DNA from: an uncultured Chloroflexia bacterium
GTDB lineage: Bacteria; Chloroflexota; Limnocylindria; Limnocylindrales; CSP1-4
Length of the DNA stretch: 64,000 nucleotides
Assembly (NCBI GenBank): GCA_963757595.1
Contig: CAVWRX010000005.1
Coordinates: 95,510 to 159,509 of the forward strand
Reading direction: 5' to 3'
In this document: positions 10,188 to 21,238 of the stretch, piece after piece
Numbering within the stretch: the stretch's first letter is position 1
Layout of the letters: every line of letters begins with the position of its first letter
Made by a program: the position numbers and the translations under genes
Notes under the pieces: generated by a model
Told to the model about the DNA's origin: nothing
The model's database searches: none
The model's input: only the letters and a program-made list of their open reading frames with translations

Positions 10188-10703
10188 TCACTCGTCGTCG
10201 GGAGTGTCCGGATGGCGCTCGATCTGGTGCAGGCCGAGCTGCTTGATGGTGAACGTGTCCTGGACGGCGAGGTAGCGGGCCGTGTCATCGGCCGAGTCGT
10301 TGAAATGCTGGTGCCATGCCCAGAGGGGGATCCCGATCAGATCGCCCTCTTCCCAGTCGACCCGCTCTTCGGGTTCTCCGTCGTAGTGCATGACGGTGTG
10401 ACCCTTGCCCTTGACGATGTACAGGACCGCTTCCGTCGTGTGCCGATGCTTGACCGATGCGTGGCTCGGCGGCAGCTCGGACAGGTGCGGCTGGAGCCGA
10501 ATCGCGCCGGACAGGCGATAGAACCGCGCCTTTGTCCCCCGGTATTCGCGCGCGATCAACTCCGTCGTCCTGAGGTCCTTGACGATGGTCGCCTCGGTCG
10601 GCGGATTCTTCTTGTTCCACTGCTCGCGCTGCGTCATCTCGGTGATCGCCGTCCCGCTCAACGGCTGGCTCGGCGCCGCGACGACCTTGGTGTCCTCGCC
10701 CAT
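10188..10703 (-). CDS. Cupin domain protein
   Basis: HRHTTEAVLYIVKGKG...WEEGD...PLWAWHQHFN; GGAGG SD. Confidence 0.85.
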   Translation of the reverse strand: MGEDTKVVAAPSQPLSGTAITEMTQREQWNKKNPPTEATIVKDLRTTELIAREYRGTKARFYRLSGAIRLQPHLSELPPSHASVKHRHTTEAVLYIVKGKGHTVMHYDGEPEERVDWEEGDLIGIPLWAWHQHFNDSADDTARYLAVQDTFTIKQLGLHQIERHPDTPDDE

Positions 10704-10863
10704 CTCAGATCCTCCGATGCCGCAATCGTCGCGTACACTGAACTTCGTCCACAGTGTGGGCAAGAACGGATACAAAGTCAAACGCTTTGTTACCATTCCG
10801 GCGACGCTCTGCCGCCGACGCCGGATTGGCTCCGATCTCGCGCCCGACGGCCGTGGAGGGCCC

Positions 10864-11737
10864 ATGATCCCGCGTTTCGCTCTAGCCCGGCCTGAGACAC
10901 TCGAGGAAGCCTTCGGCGCGTTCGTCGCGGCGGACGGAGAGGCCCTGTACCTCGCCGGCGGCACGGAGCTGCTGCAGGTGATGAAGATGGGCCTGGCGCA
11001 GGCCCGGGCGCTCATCGACCTCAAGCGCATTGCAGCTTTGCATGGGATCCAGCGAACCGCCGATGGTCTTCGAATCGGGGCCGCGGCGACCCACCGGGAG
11101 ATCGAACGGTCGCCGGTCGTCGCCGACGCCCTGCCCGGCCTCGTCGCGCTGGAGCGCGGGGTCGCGAACGTCAGGGTCCGATCGACGGGCACGCTGGGAG
11201 GCAATCTAGCCTTCGCCGAGCCGCACTCGGACCCCGCGACGCTGCTTCTCGCCTGCGATGCGCAGATCGAGATGGTCAGCCCACGCGGATCCCGCAGCCT
11301 GTCGGTCGCCGACTTCATCCTCGGGCCCTTCGACACGGCTCGCGAGCCGGATGAAGTCATCACCTCGATCGTCGTTCCCAACGCTGCGACGCGGCGAGGG
11401 CCGGGCGTACGGCAAGTTTGCCTTCTTCGAGCGTCCCGCCGCCTCGGTCGCGGTCCGCGCGACCGTCCGCAACGGGCGGATCGCCGCGGCCACGGTGACG
11501 GTCGGGTCGATCACCGAGGTACCCGAGCGCGTCGAGGCGGCCGGGGCCGCCCTCGTGGGCTCCGAAGTCGGCCCAGGCCCGCTTGCCGACGCGCTGAACG
11601 TCGCGGCGGCGGCGTTCGGCGATCTCGATGCGGTCGGAGACCTGAACGGCTCGGCCGACTACAAACGACACCTCGCGGCGGTGCTCCTGGCGTCGACCGT
11701 CCGGGTGGCGGTGGATGAGGCGATTGCCCGTGCATGA
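10864..11737 (+). CDS. Xanthine dehydrogenase/CoxM-family FAD-binding subunit (frameshift near 11390)
   Basis: LAGGTEL, TLGGNL, DLNGSADYKRHLA. Confidence 0.88.
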
Positions 11738-12250
11738 CACGCTGGTCGCGCGGCTGACCGTCAACGGCCGTGCTCACGACCTCACGATCGAGCCACGGGA
11801 GACGATCGCCGACGTCCTTCGTGATCGACTCGGCCTGACCGGCGCGAAGATCTCGTGCGATGCCCAGGTCTGCGGTGCGTGCACGGTCCTCGTCGACGGC
11901 GTGCCGGTCAGCGGCTGCACATTCCTGGCGATCGACGCGGACGGGAAGCGTGTCCGGACTGTTGAAGGCCTCGCCGACGGCGACCGTCTCAGCCCGCTCC
12001 AGCAGGCGTTCATCGACCGCTGCCGCGTTCCAGTGCGGGTTCTGCACACCGGGCATGCTGATGGCGGCGACGGCGCTCCTCGACGAGAACCCGGACCCGA
12101 GCCGCGGCGGACGTGATCGCCGGGCTCGAAGGCAACCTCTGCCGGTGCACCGGCTATGAGCCGATCGTCGAAGCGGTCCTCGCGGCGGCCCACGTCGCCG
12201 CAGAGTCGCGGCCGGCGGCAGGTCCGAGCCGGCCACGGGAGACGCCGACT
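11730..12250 (+). CDS. (2Fe-2S)-binding subunit, CoxS/XdhC-like (frameshifted; 3' end uncertain)
   Basis: C...CGACTV..DG....[18 protein letters not shown] across three frames. Confidence 0.85.
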
Positions 12251-12251
12251 G

Positions 12252-14631
12252 ATGCGTCGCATCGTGACCCGACCGGAGGTCCGTTTCCCATCGGCGAGGC
12301 CGTCCCCCGTCGCGACGGCATCGCCAAGGTCACGGGCGCGGCCCGGTTCACCGTCGACATCGACCTGCCCGGCCTCGCCCATGCGCGAATCCTGCGCAGC
12401 CCGTACGCCCACGCCAGGATCCGATCGGTCGACGTCGACGGCGGCCCGCGCGCACCCGGGCGTCATCGCGGTCGTTGCGGCCGCCGACCTCGCCGACGTC
12501 CACCTGATCTACGGCCATGCCGTCGCCGACCATCCGCTCATCGCGGTCGACAAGGTCCGCTTCGCGGGCGAGCCCGTCGTCGGCGTCGTGGCCGACGATC
12601 CGGTCACCGCCGAGGAGGCGCTCCGCCTGGTCGAGGTCGACTACGAGCCGCTGCCGTACGTCACGTCGCCGGAGGCCGCGCTCGGCGACGACGCGCCGAT
12701 CATCCACGAGCATCCCGGCGAGCAGCGCCCGCACCGCGGATTCGAGGAGGACATCGAGCGGTCGCCACCCGAACGTCTGCTCGTCGTCCCGCCAGGCGTG
12801 GGGCGACGTCGACGCGGCATTCGCGGGCGCGGCCCTCGTCATCGAGGGCGAGTACCGCTACCCGATGTGCTACGCCTACGCGATGGAGCCGTACACGTCG
12901 GTCGCGTCGTGGGGCGAGGGCGAGCTGACCGTCTGGACGTCCGGCCAGCACCCGTACATGGTCCGCGACGACCTCGCCCATTGCTTCGACCTGCCGCTCA
13001 GCAAGGTCCGCGTCATCGTCCCGTACGTCGGCGGCGGCTACGGCAGCAAGTCGTACACGAAGATCGAGCCGCTGACCGCGGCGCTCGCGCTGCGGGCCGG
13101 CCGGCCGGTGCGCCTGGCCCTGAGCGTCGAGGAGGCGATCCTGACGACGCGCGGCGACGCCGCGATCGTCCGCCTCCGGACCGCGTTCGATCGGAACGGC
13201 CGGATCCTCGGGCGTGCCAGGCAGAATCCTGCTCGACACGGGCGGCTACGCCGAGAACTCGCCGCTGGTCGGCCGCAAGGCTGCCAACCGGCTCGGCGGG
13301 CCCATACCGGATCCCGGCCCTCGAGGTCACGTGCGACGTGGTCTACACGAACACGGCGCCGGCGAGCTCGTTCCGCGGCTTCGGTGCGCCCCAGGTGACC
13401 CTCGCAGGCGAGTCGCAGATGGACGAGGCGGCGGTCGCGCCTCGGCCTCGACCCGCTCGAGCTGCGACGCCGGAACGTCCTCGCCCATCGGCGAGCGGCC
13501 CTGGCCGAAGGCGCGCGGGATCGACGCCGACCTCGCCGCGGACCTGGCGCTCGCGGCCGAGGAGATCGAGTGGGACGTCGACCCCGGTCCCGGTCGCGGC
13601 AAGGCGATCTGCCTGTCCGCCTCGGACGCCGGATCGGAGCCGATCACGACCTCGATCCTGCGCGTCCTCGCCGACGGGTCGGTGACGGTGATGTGCGGGA
13701 GCACGGAGATCGGCCAGGGCTCCTCGACGGTCCTGGCCCAGATCGCCGCGGCCGAGATGGGCGTCGAGCTCGAGCGAGTCCGCCTCGTTCAGAGCGACAC
13801 GGCTGCGGTCAGCTACGACCGCTCCACCGGCGCCAGCCGGACCACGACGCTGATGGGCCTGGCGATCCAGGCTGCCGCGGCGGATGCCCGGACCCAGCTC
13901 GTGGAGTGGGCCAGGACGTCCCTCGCGCCGGACGGACCCGGCGGTCGAGGAGAAGCGCGGTGGCGTCAGGATCGGCGGCAGCGAGCACGACTGGGGGGCG
14001 ATCGTCCGGGCGTGGTTCGGCGGTGCGGCCGGCGAGGTCGTCGGCCGCGGCTACCTGCGGCGCTCCGGGGCGACGGCGGAGATGCCGCCGTTCTGGGAGA
14101 TCGGCTGCGTCGGCGTCGAGGTCAGCGTCGAACGAGGCGACCGGCGAGATCCGGGTCGAGCGTCTCGTGACCGTCGGCGACATCGGCTGCGCGATCAACC
14201 CGCAGACGGCCGAGGCGCAGGACGTCGGCGCGGCGATGATGGGTCTCGGAATGGCGACCCGCGAGGAGCTCGTCTACCGCGACGGCAATCTCCTGAACGG
14301 CAACCTCTTCGACTACCGCGTCCCGCGAACGACCAACCTGCCCGAGCTTCGAACCGTGCTCGTCGAGCGCGGCGACGGCGTGGGCGTCTACGGCGCCAAG
14401 GGCGGCGGCGAGGGCGCACTGAACCCCGTCGCGGCGGCAATCGCGAACGCCGTCGAGCGGGCAGCCGGGATTCGGCTGCGCGAGGCCCCGTTCACCCCCG
14501 AACGCGTGTGGCGAGCGCTTCAGGCGCGCGACGCGGCACGGGCTGCAACAGGGCCTGCAAGTACCGACGGACCGCGGGCGGATCACGCCGGGCCCGGGCA
14601 GCCCGCAGCCTCGGCCGACGACGACTCGTGA
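12252..14631 (+). CDS. Molybdopterin-binding subunit of the xanthine dehydrogenase family (multiple frameshifts; start uncertain)
   Basis: KVTGAARF, VGGGYGSK, SFRGFGAPQ, EIGQGS, GAKGGGE motifs. Confidence 0.88.
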
Positions 14632-15104
14632 AACTCGACGGAACGATCACGATCTCCGCGCCGCCCGGTGACGTCTGGTCGCTCGTCATCAACCCGGTCA
14701 GCCTTGCGGGCTGCGTGCCCGGCGTCCAGGACATCCGGCAGGTCGACGATCGAACCTTCGAGGGCACGATCAGCGCGGCGGTGGGTCCGATCAACGGCAA
14801 CTTCTCGTTCCGCTCGGTGATGACGCGGGCCACCTTCCCCGACGACCTCCAGGTGACCGTCGAAGGCAGCGACTCGGTCACGAAGAGCCGGCTCGAGATG
14901 GACATCGCGGCCGCCCTCGCACAGAGTGACGGAGACACGACCGATCTGACCTACAACGCCGACGTCCGGGTCAAGGGCAGGCTGGCGATCCTCGGAGAGA
15001 TGGTCCTGCGGGCGACGGCCGGGTTGATGATCACCGAAGTCACGAAGTGCATCCGCACGCAACTCGAGCCAGGCGGCCGGGCACCCGTTGCACCGCCGGG
15101 ATGA
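14628..15104 (+). CDS. CoxG/SRPBCC family protein
   Basis: VW.L...P..LAGCVPG...GRLA.LG; GTG overlaps the upstream TGA. Confidence 0.82.
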   Translation: MKLDGTITISAPPGDVWSLVINPVSLAGCVPGVQDIRQVDDRTFEGTISAAVGPINGNFSFRSVMTRATFPDDLQVTVEGSDSVTKSRLEMDIAAALAQSDGDTTDLTYNADVRVKGRLAILGEMVLRATAGLMITEVTKCIRTQLEPGGRAPVAPPG

Positions 15105-16613
15105 CCCTGTCCGGCTATGACCTGATCGTCGTCGGCGGCGGGACGGCAGGCTGCGTACTGGCTGCCCGCGCGAGCGAGGATCCGACGCGACGCGTGCTCC
15201 TCATCGAGGCCGGGCCTGATCCCCGCCCGATCCCCGATGTCGTCGCGGATCCCAAGCGCCAGACGGAACTGATCCTCGAGTCGCCCTATGTCCGGATGTA
15301 CGAGGCCGAGCGCGCTGACGGCTCGACCTTCCCGCTCCTGTCCGGGCGAATCATGGGTGGTGGCTCCTCGGTCAACAACCTCGTCGTGGTCCGGCCAATG
15401 CGGCGGGACTTCGACGCCTGGGCGCAGTTCGGGGGGGCGGCCTGGTCGTACGACAGCCTCCTGCCGGTCATGCGCTCGCTCGAGACGGATCGCGACTTTG
15501 CGGACAGCCCGATCCACGGCTCGAACGGTCCCCTGAACCTTCACCGGTCCTACCGGCTCGACGATCCAGCCGATCCGCCCGTCGTCGCGCTTCGTGCCGC
15601 GGCCCACGCCATCGGCCTCCCGGACTGCCCCGATCTGAACGTGCCGGAGCCGTTCGGAATCTGCGCCTCTCCGTACAACATCGTCGGGGGCCGTCGCCAG
15701 TCAACCGTCGTGGCTTGGCTCGATCCGGCCCGCGACCGACCGAACCTGGAGATTTGTGCGGACACGACGGTGACCCGTCTCGTCATCGAGGGGTCGCGGG
15801 TCCGCGGTGTGGAAATCGCGGAGCCGGGTGGCGTGAGGATCCGTCGAGGCCGCCGAGGTCGCCTTGGCCGCGGGCGCGTTCCAAACGCCGCAGCTCCTGC
15901 TTCTGTCGGGGATCGGCGCCCCGGATGCGCTTGAGCCACATGGCATCGAGGTACGCCATCGCCTCGACGGAGTCGGCGCGAACTACCAGGATCACGCCGT
16001 CGTGTACGTCACCTTCAACGGCACATCCGAGCTCCGCGAGGACTACGTAATCCCGAAGGTCCGGCTCATCGCACGGAGCAGTGACCGGCTCGACCACCCG
16101 GATCTCCACGTCTTCATGCGGCCGTCGATCCGGATGCCCGGCATGGCGCCACTGCTGCCCGTCTCGATCCACCTCCTCGAGCAGCGGTCGCGGGGCCGGG
16201 TCTCGCTCGCTTCAGCGAATCCGGAGGACCTGCCGGTCGTCGACACGGGGCTGCTCCGCCACCCGGACGACGCCCAGGCGCTCGTTGACGGGATTGATCT
16301 CGTCACCCGGCTGACCGCCCAGCCGGCACTCGCCGAGTTCTATGGTGAGTTGCTGACGCCGGGGGGCCGTGAGCAATGGCGAGACCACGTGCTGACCGCG
16401 TACGACACGTATCACCATGCCGTCGGAACCTGCCGCATCGGCCCGAAGGGTGATCCGGGAGCCGTCGTTGATCAAAGGCTCAGGGTTCACGGGCTCGACA
16501 ACCTGCTGGTTGCCGACGCATCGGTCCTGCCGACGGTCCCGCACGCCAACACGAACCTCGCCGCGATCCTGGTCGGCGAGGTGGCGGCCCGCCTCATGGC
16601 CGGTCGCCCATGA
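15101..16613 (+). CDS. GMC family oxidoreductase (frameshift near 15840)
   Basis: GGGTAG, GGGSSVN, YHHAVGTC, ADASVLP...NTN. Confidence 0.9.
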
Positions 16614-17239
16614 GCACCGTCGCCTCGACCGATCGGTCCGGCCAGATACGGCGGGGCCTTCGGCTCGAGTTCTTCACGGTCGGCTGGAACCTCGTGGAGG
16701 GTGCGGCAGCAACGGTCGCGGCCCTCGCCGCGGGCTCGGTGGCGCTCCTCGCGTTCGGCCTCAATTCGTTCGTGGAAACCGCGTCGGCAGTGATCATCGT
16801 CTGGCGTCTGCTCGCGGAATCAGGCGCGACCGACGAGGAACGCATTGAAGCTGTCGAGCGACGGGCCCAGCGCCTGGTTGCGGCGTCACTGGTCGCCCTT
16901 GCCATCTACGTCATCTACGACGCCGTGATGACGCTGCTCGGCCAGGTCGCACCCGACGCGAGCCCGTTCGGTGTCGGCATCGCCGCCCTCTCGCTCGTGG
17001 TGATGTGGTGGCTGGCTCGCCTCAAGCGGCGCACGGCGATCGCCATCGGATCACGGGCCATGCATGCCGACGCCTTCCAGGCGACGGCATGCGCCTGGCT
17101 TGCGTTGGCTGTCCTGGTCGGTGTCGGATTGAACACGCTCTTCGGCTTCTGGTGGGCAGACCCGGTCGCGGCACTGGTCGTCCCACTGTTCCTCTGGCAG
17201 GAAGCAATCGAAGCCTGGCGAGGCGAAGATGCCCACTGA
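16610..17239 (+). CDS. Cation transporter (CDF-like, TMD only)
   Basis: WNLVEG, GSVALLAFGL.S..E, WWADPVAAL. Confidence 0.8.
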   Translation: MSTVASTDRSGQIRRGLRLEFFTVGWNLVEGAAATVAALAAGSVALLAFGLNSFVETASAVIIVWRLLAESGATDEERIEAVERRAQRLVAASLVALAIYVIYDAVMTLLGQVAPDASPFGVGIAALSLVVMWWLARLKRRTAIAIGSRAMHADAFQATACAWLALAVLVGVGLNTLFGFWWADPVAALVVPLFLWQEAIEAWRGEDAH

Positions 17240-17431
17240 GCGCCACGGCGGGATCCCGTCCGGCTCGTTTCAGCAGCAAGAGCGACCGATTGGCCAGGAC
17301 GCTTCGCCGCTGCAATGGATCGCGGGGGCGCCTTCCGGAACGCCGGCGGCCGGCTTGCCGTCGTCCTGCCGACACCCGCCACCCGGGGTCGCCACCGGCG
17401 CACCTTGATCGGGTGCGGTACGGTGCGCGCC

Positions 17432-18148
17432 ATGGCCCACGAGCGACTTCGATTCCCGGCACCGGCACCACGGAAGCGCCGGGCCTTGCCGGCCGCGCTC
17501 GGCGAGCCGCTCCGGGCGGCCATCCTGATCTCGGCCCTCATCACGATCCTCGGCAGCATCCAGCCTTTCATGCATATCTGGCGGCCCGGCACGGGCTGGA
17601 TCGACGTCACCGGCTTCGAGCAATCCGGGGACGGTGGATACGTCCTCGAGCTCGCGGTCGTCGCGGCCGTGCTCGCCTGGATCGACGGGGCGTGGAACAG
17701 CCGGATCGTCGTCCTCGTGGCAGGCCCGGCGGTGCTTGGCGCGAGCAGCCTCGTGATCCTCCGCGACTTCTATCAGACCGGCGTCGGCACCCTCGGCGGC
17801 CTGGCCAACGGCGGCGGATACGGCGGCTTCGAGCCTGGGTTCTGGGTCACCGTCCTTGGTGCCGCGACGCTCGCTGCGACCGGTGCCCTGCGGGCATGGC
17901 GGGTGCGGGGCCGGCTGTCGCTCCGGCCCGGGGCGGCACTTGCCGGCGTCGCCGGGATGGTGGGCGCCATCGGGGGCGCCGCCATCGGGTTCGTCGCGGG
18001 CGCGACGATCACGCCGCTGCTCGTCCACGTGAACACTGGTCCGACTTCCATGGTGCTCGTCATCGTCGGTTCGGCCCTCGCGGTACTCGGCGCCTGGATC
18101 GGGGCGATGGTCGCCACGGGTGCGGTCCGGAGCATCCGCCGCTCGTGA
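17432..18148 (+). CDS. Hypothetical membrane protein
   Basis: Several TM segments; TACGGT -10-like box 7 nt before the ATG. Confidence 0.65.
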   Translation: MAHERLRFPAPAPRKRRALPAALGEPLRAAILISALITILGSIQPFMHIWRPGTGWIDVTGFEQSGDGGYVLELAVVAAVLAWIDGAWNSRIVVLVAGPAVLGASSLVILRDFYQTGVGTLGGLANGGGYGGFEPGFWVTVLGAATLAATGALRAWRVRGRLSLRPGAALAGVAGMVGAIGGAAIGFVAGATITPLLVHVNTGPTSMVLVIVGSALAVLGAWIGAMVATGAVRSIRRS

Positions 18149-18900
18149 TCGGGGTCGAGGCGACGCCCGGAGCACGGCTTCGGGATCGCTTCATCGCCGG
18201 GCCTTCGTATACGGCGACGGACGCCGACCGGCGGACCTTCCGAGTCATGGGCGTGGAGCTGCCGCTTCGGGCGACAACCGCCCTCTTCCTTGTCATGCTC
18301 GTCGTCGTCCTCGACTACACGCGGAGCGCGATTCCCCAAGATGTCCAGGCGATCGGCCGCGCTGCCGGCGCGATCCGCTACCAGGCCATCGAGCGACTCG
18401 TCCTTTTCGGCCTGGTCCCGGTCCTCGTCGTGGTCTTCGCCTTCCGGGACCGGCTGACTGCGTACGGTCTGGGTCTCGGTGATTGGCGCTGGGGAATTGG
18501 GCTGGCAGTCATCGGCTGCGCGATCATGACCCCGGTCATCGTCGCCCTTGGCTCGAGCCCGGACTTCAGCACCTACTACTCGGTCTCGGGCGCGCCGGTG
18601 GGCGACGTCGCCCTGACCAACGCCCTCGACCTCGTGCCCACCGAGTTCCTGATCCGCGGCTTCCTGATGTTCACCCTCCTCCGCGCGATCGGCCCGCTGG
18701 GACTCGTCGTTGCCCAGCTGCCGTTCGTCTTCTCGCACCTCGGCAAGCCGGAGATCGAGCTGTTCTCGACCCTCATCGGGGGCATGGTCTTCGGCTGGCT
18801 GGACTGGCGGACGCGATCGATCTGGTGGAGTGCCCTCGGCCACGTCTACATCCTGACGCTCGTCGTGGCGGTGGCCGGCGCCACGGCTTCCGTGCGATGA
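18145..18900 (+). CDS. CPBP (CAAX/Abi) intramembrane metalloprotease
   Basis: TEFLIRG, F..SH.GKP..E, SIWWSALGH. Confidence 0.85.
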   Translation: MIGVEATPGARLRDRFIAGPSYTATDADRRTFRVMGVELPLRATTALFLVMLVVVLDYTRSAIPQDVQAIGRAAGAIRYQAIERLVLFGLVPVLVVVFAFRDRLTAYGLGLGDWRWGIGLAVIGCAIMTPVIVALGSSPDFSTYYSVSGAPVGDVALTNALDLVPTEFLIRGFLMFTLLRAIGPLGLVVAQLPFVFSHLGKPEIELFSTLIGGMVFGWLDWRTRSIWWSALGHVYILTLVVAVAGATASVR

Positions 18901-19593
18901 ACGCATTCTCGGCGACGGAGGATCAGGGGCGGCCCGGCCCCATTCCGGTCGAGCTGTTCATGGACTTCCACTGCCCCTATTCGTACCGCGTCACGGGCTG
19001 GCTCGACGACCTCGACCCGTGTCTCGTGGATGTCACCCACCGCCTCTTCGCGCTCGAGCAGGTGAACCACGACCGGGAGGCTGCGACAATGGCGCCTCTG
19101 GGAGCAGCCGCTCGATTACCGCCAGTACCGCGACCGCCAGGATCGGCGCTCGCTCGCGGGATTCCTCGCCGCGGCGGCCGTCGACGCCTCCGATGCCGGG
19201 CCCGACGTCCGGCGGCGGTTCCGGCGGGCCGTCTACGAGGCCCGCTTCGAGGGCCGCCTCGACATCAGTGATCCGGCGGTCCTCGACGATGCGGGCGTCG
19301 TCGCCGGGCTTCGATCCGGCTGGGTTCGCGGAGCCCTCGCCGACGAAACCACGATTGCTGCCGCGCGGGCTCGGATCGCGGCGGATTGGGCGGCAGCGCG
19401 GTCGCCGTTCATGGTCTTCGGGGTCCCGACCATCAAGTTCGGCGATTCCGCCCCTGTCTACGTCCGGCTCGCGTCACCGGTATCTCCGGGTGAAGGGCCT
19501 GCCCTGCTCGCCGCGTTCCTCGCGTTTCGGGCCGCTGCCCCGATGGTCGTCGAAGTGAAGGAGCCGGAGCCTGCGCCGGAGCCGGAAGCTTGA
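18897..19593 (+). CDS. DsbA/thioredoxin-fold protein (frameshifted)
   Basis: DFHCPYSY at the N-terminus; VFGVPT cis-Pro motif in another frame. Confidence 0.72.
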
Positions 19594-19770
19594 CGCCCGC
19601 GACCGGCGGGGTTTGATCGAGCGGCCCGATCGGGTGCGACTCGGCAGCGGACGGTCGGGCCGGGTATCCTTCACGCGGCCCCGAACGAGCCCCACGACGC
19701 AGCAGGGACAGGCGTCGCGCTGGCGCGGCGGCCACTCCCGAACCCGTTGCCCAGACATCAGGTGGTGCTC

Positions 19771-20922
19771 ATGAAGATCGGAGTCGCCAGGGAAACCGCG
19801 CCCGGAGAGCGGCGCGTTGCCCTGGTACCCGAGGCGCTCGGAAAGCTCGCGGCTGCCGGGCTCGAGATCCTCGTCGAGGCCGGCGCCGGCGTCGGTGCTC
19901 TCATCCCCGACTCGGCATTCACGGATGCCGGGGCGACGATCGTCTCGACGGACGAGCTGTACAAGCAGGCCGATGTGATTCTGCGGGTGCAGAAGCCGAG
20001 CGCGGCGGAAGCGGTCCGGCTCCGCACCGGTCAGGCCGTGGTGGGTCTCCTCCAGCCGCTCCTGGATCCGCAGCTGATGGCAGGCCTGGCCGCGGCCGGC
20101 GTCACGGCCATCAGCCTCGACGCGATCCCGCGGACCCTGTCACGCGCCCAGACGATGGACGCCCTTTCGTCGCAGGCCAATGTCGGCGGCTACAAGGCAG
20201 TCCTCATCGCGGCGAACGCGTTCGGGCGCTACTTCCCCCTCCTCACGACCGCCGCGGGCACGGCCAAGCCGGCCAACGTCCTCATCCTCGGGATCGGCGT
20301 GGCCGGGCTCCAGGCCATCGGAACTGCCCGCCGCCTCGGTGCGGTGGTGCAGGCCTACGACGTCCGGCCCGAGACCCGCGAGCAGGCGGAGTCCCTCGGA
20401 GCGAAGTTCGTGACCCTCAAGACCCAGATCGACGCGACCGGCGCCGGCGGCTATGCCCGCGAGCTCACCGCCGAGGAACGTGCCGCTCAGCAGGCCGAGC
20501 TCAACGAGGTGATCGGCAACATGGACGTGGTGATCACGACGGCCCAGGTTCCCGGCCGCAAGCCACCGGTCCTGGTGACCGCGGCCGCAGTCGGACTCAT
20601 GAAGCCCGGCTCCGTGATCGTCGACATGGCGGCCTCCGCGCTCGGCGGCAACTGCGAGCTCTCGAAGGCCGGCGAGGAGATCGTCACCGGCAACCTCGTG
20701 ACGATCATCTCCCCGGACAACCTGCCGGCGACCATGCCCATCGGCTCGTCGGCGTTCTACGCCCGGAACCTCTCGGCGCTCCTGCTCCAGCTCGTCAAGG
20801 ACGGCGCCCTCAACCTTGACCCGGCGGACGAGATCGCCGGTCCGGTCACGATCACCCACGGCGGCGAGATCCGCTCCGAAGCCGTGAAGAAGCTGCTCCA
20901 GCCTGCCGGAGGTGCCGCGTGA
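19771..20922 (+). CDS. pntA: NAD(P) transhydrogenase alpha subunit, part 1
   Basis: GERRVAL.P, QTMDALSSQAN..GY, GVAGLQAI, GGYARE. Confidence 0.96.
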   Translation: MKIGVARETAPGERRVALVPEALGKLAAAGLEILVEAGAGVGALIPDSAFTDAGATIVSTDELYKQADVILRVQKPSAAEAVRLRTGQAVVGLLQPLLDPQLMAGLAAAGVTAISLDAIPRTLSRAQTMDALSSQANVGGYKAVLIAANAFGRYFPLLTTAAGTAKPANVLILGIGVAGLQAIGTARRLGAVVQAYDVRPETREQAESLGAKFVTLKTQIDATGAGGYARELTAEERAAQQAELNEVIGNMDVVITTAQVPGRKPPVLVTAAAVGLMKPGSVIVDMAASALGGNCELSKAGEEIVTGNLVTIISPDNLPATMPIGSSAFYARNLSALLLQLVKDGALNLDPADEIAGPVTITHGGEIRSEAVKKLLQPAGGAA

Positions 20923-21236
20923 GCACGGAACTCCTCGCCGCATTGACGGTCTTCGTCCTCGCGATCCTGTGCGGCTTCGCCGTGATCTCGAAGGTCCCGG
21001 CCACCCTCCACACGCCGCTGATGTCGGGTGCGAACTCGATCCACGGCATCGTCCTGGTTGGCTCGATGGTCATCGCTGCCGGGGCCACCGAGCCGCTCAG
21101 CCAGCTCCTCAGCCTGGTCGCCGTCGCCTTCGCGACGATGAACGTCGTCGGCGGCTACGTGGTCACCGACCGGATGCTCCAGATGTTCCGCAAGAAGCCG
21201 GTCGCCCCAAAGGCCGAGTCCGAGAAGGCGGCCTGA
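20919..21236 (+). CDS. pntA: NAD(P) transhydrogenase alpha subunit, part 2 (membrane)
   Basis: VPATLHTPLMSGAN, NVVGGYVVTDRML. Confidence 0.95.
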   Translation: MSTELLAALTVFVLAILCGFAVISKVPATLHTPLMSGANSIHGIVLVGSMVIAAGATEPLSQLLSLVAVAFATMNVVGGYVVTDRMLQMFRKKPVAPKAESEKAA

Positions 21237-21238
21237 CG

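Noticed and set aside
10864-15104. Aerobic CO dehydrogenase (coxMSL plus coxG)
   Set aside because: The large-subunit active-site loop is SFRGFG, not AYxCSFR (form I) or AYxGAGR (form II), so it is a generic xanthine-dehydrogenase-family enzyme.
4069-19593. Programmed frameshifting in the island genes
   Set aside because: There are too many shifts at non-slippery sites in well-conserved enzymes; sequencing indels are more parsimonious.
19660-19770. Possible c-di-AMP (ydaO) or NAD riboswitch upstream of pntA (CCCGAACCCGT)
   Set aside because: Only a short fragment resembles the motif; the other conserved segments are absent.
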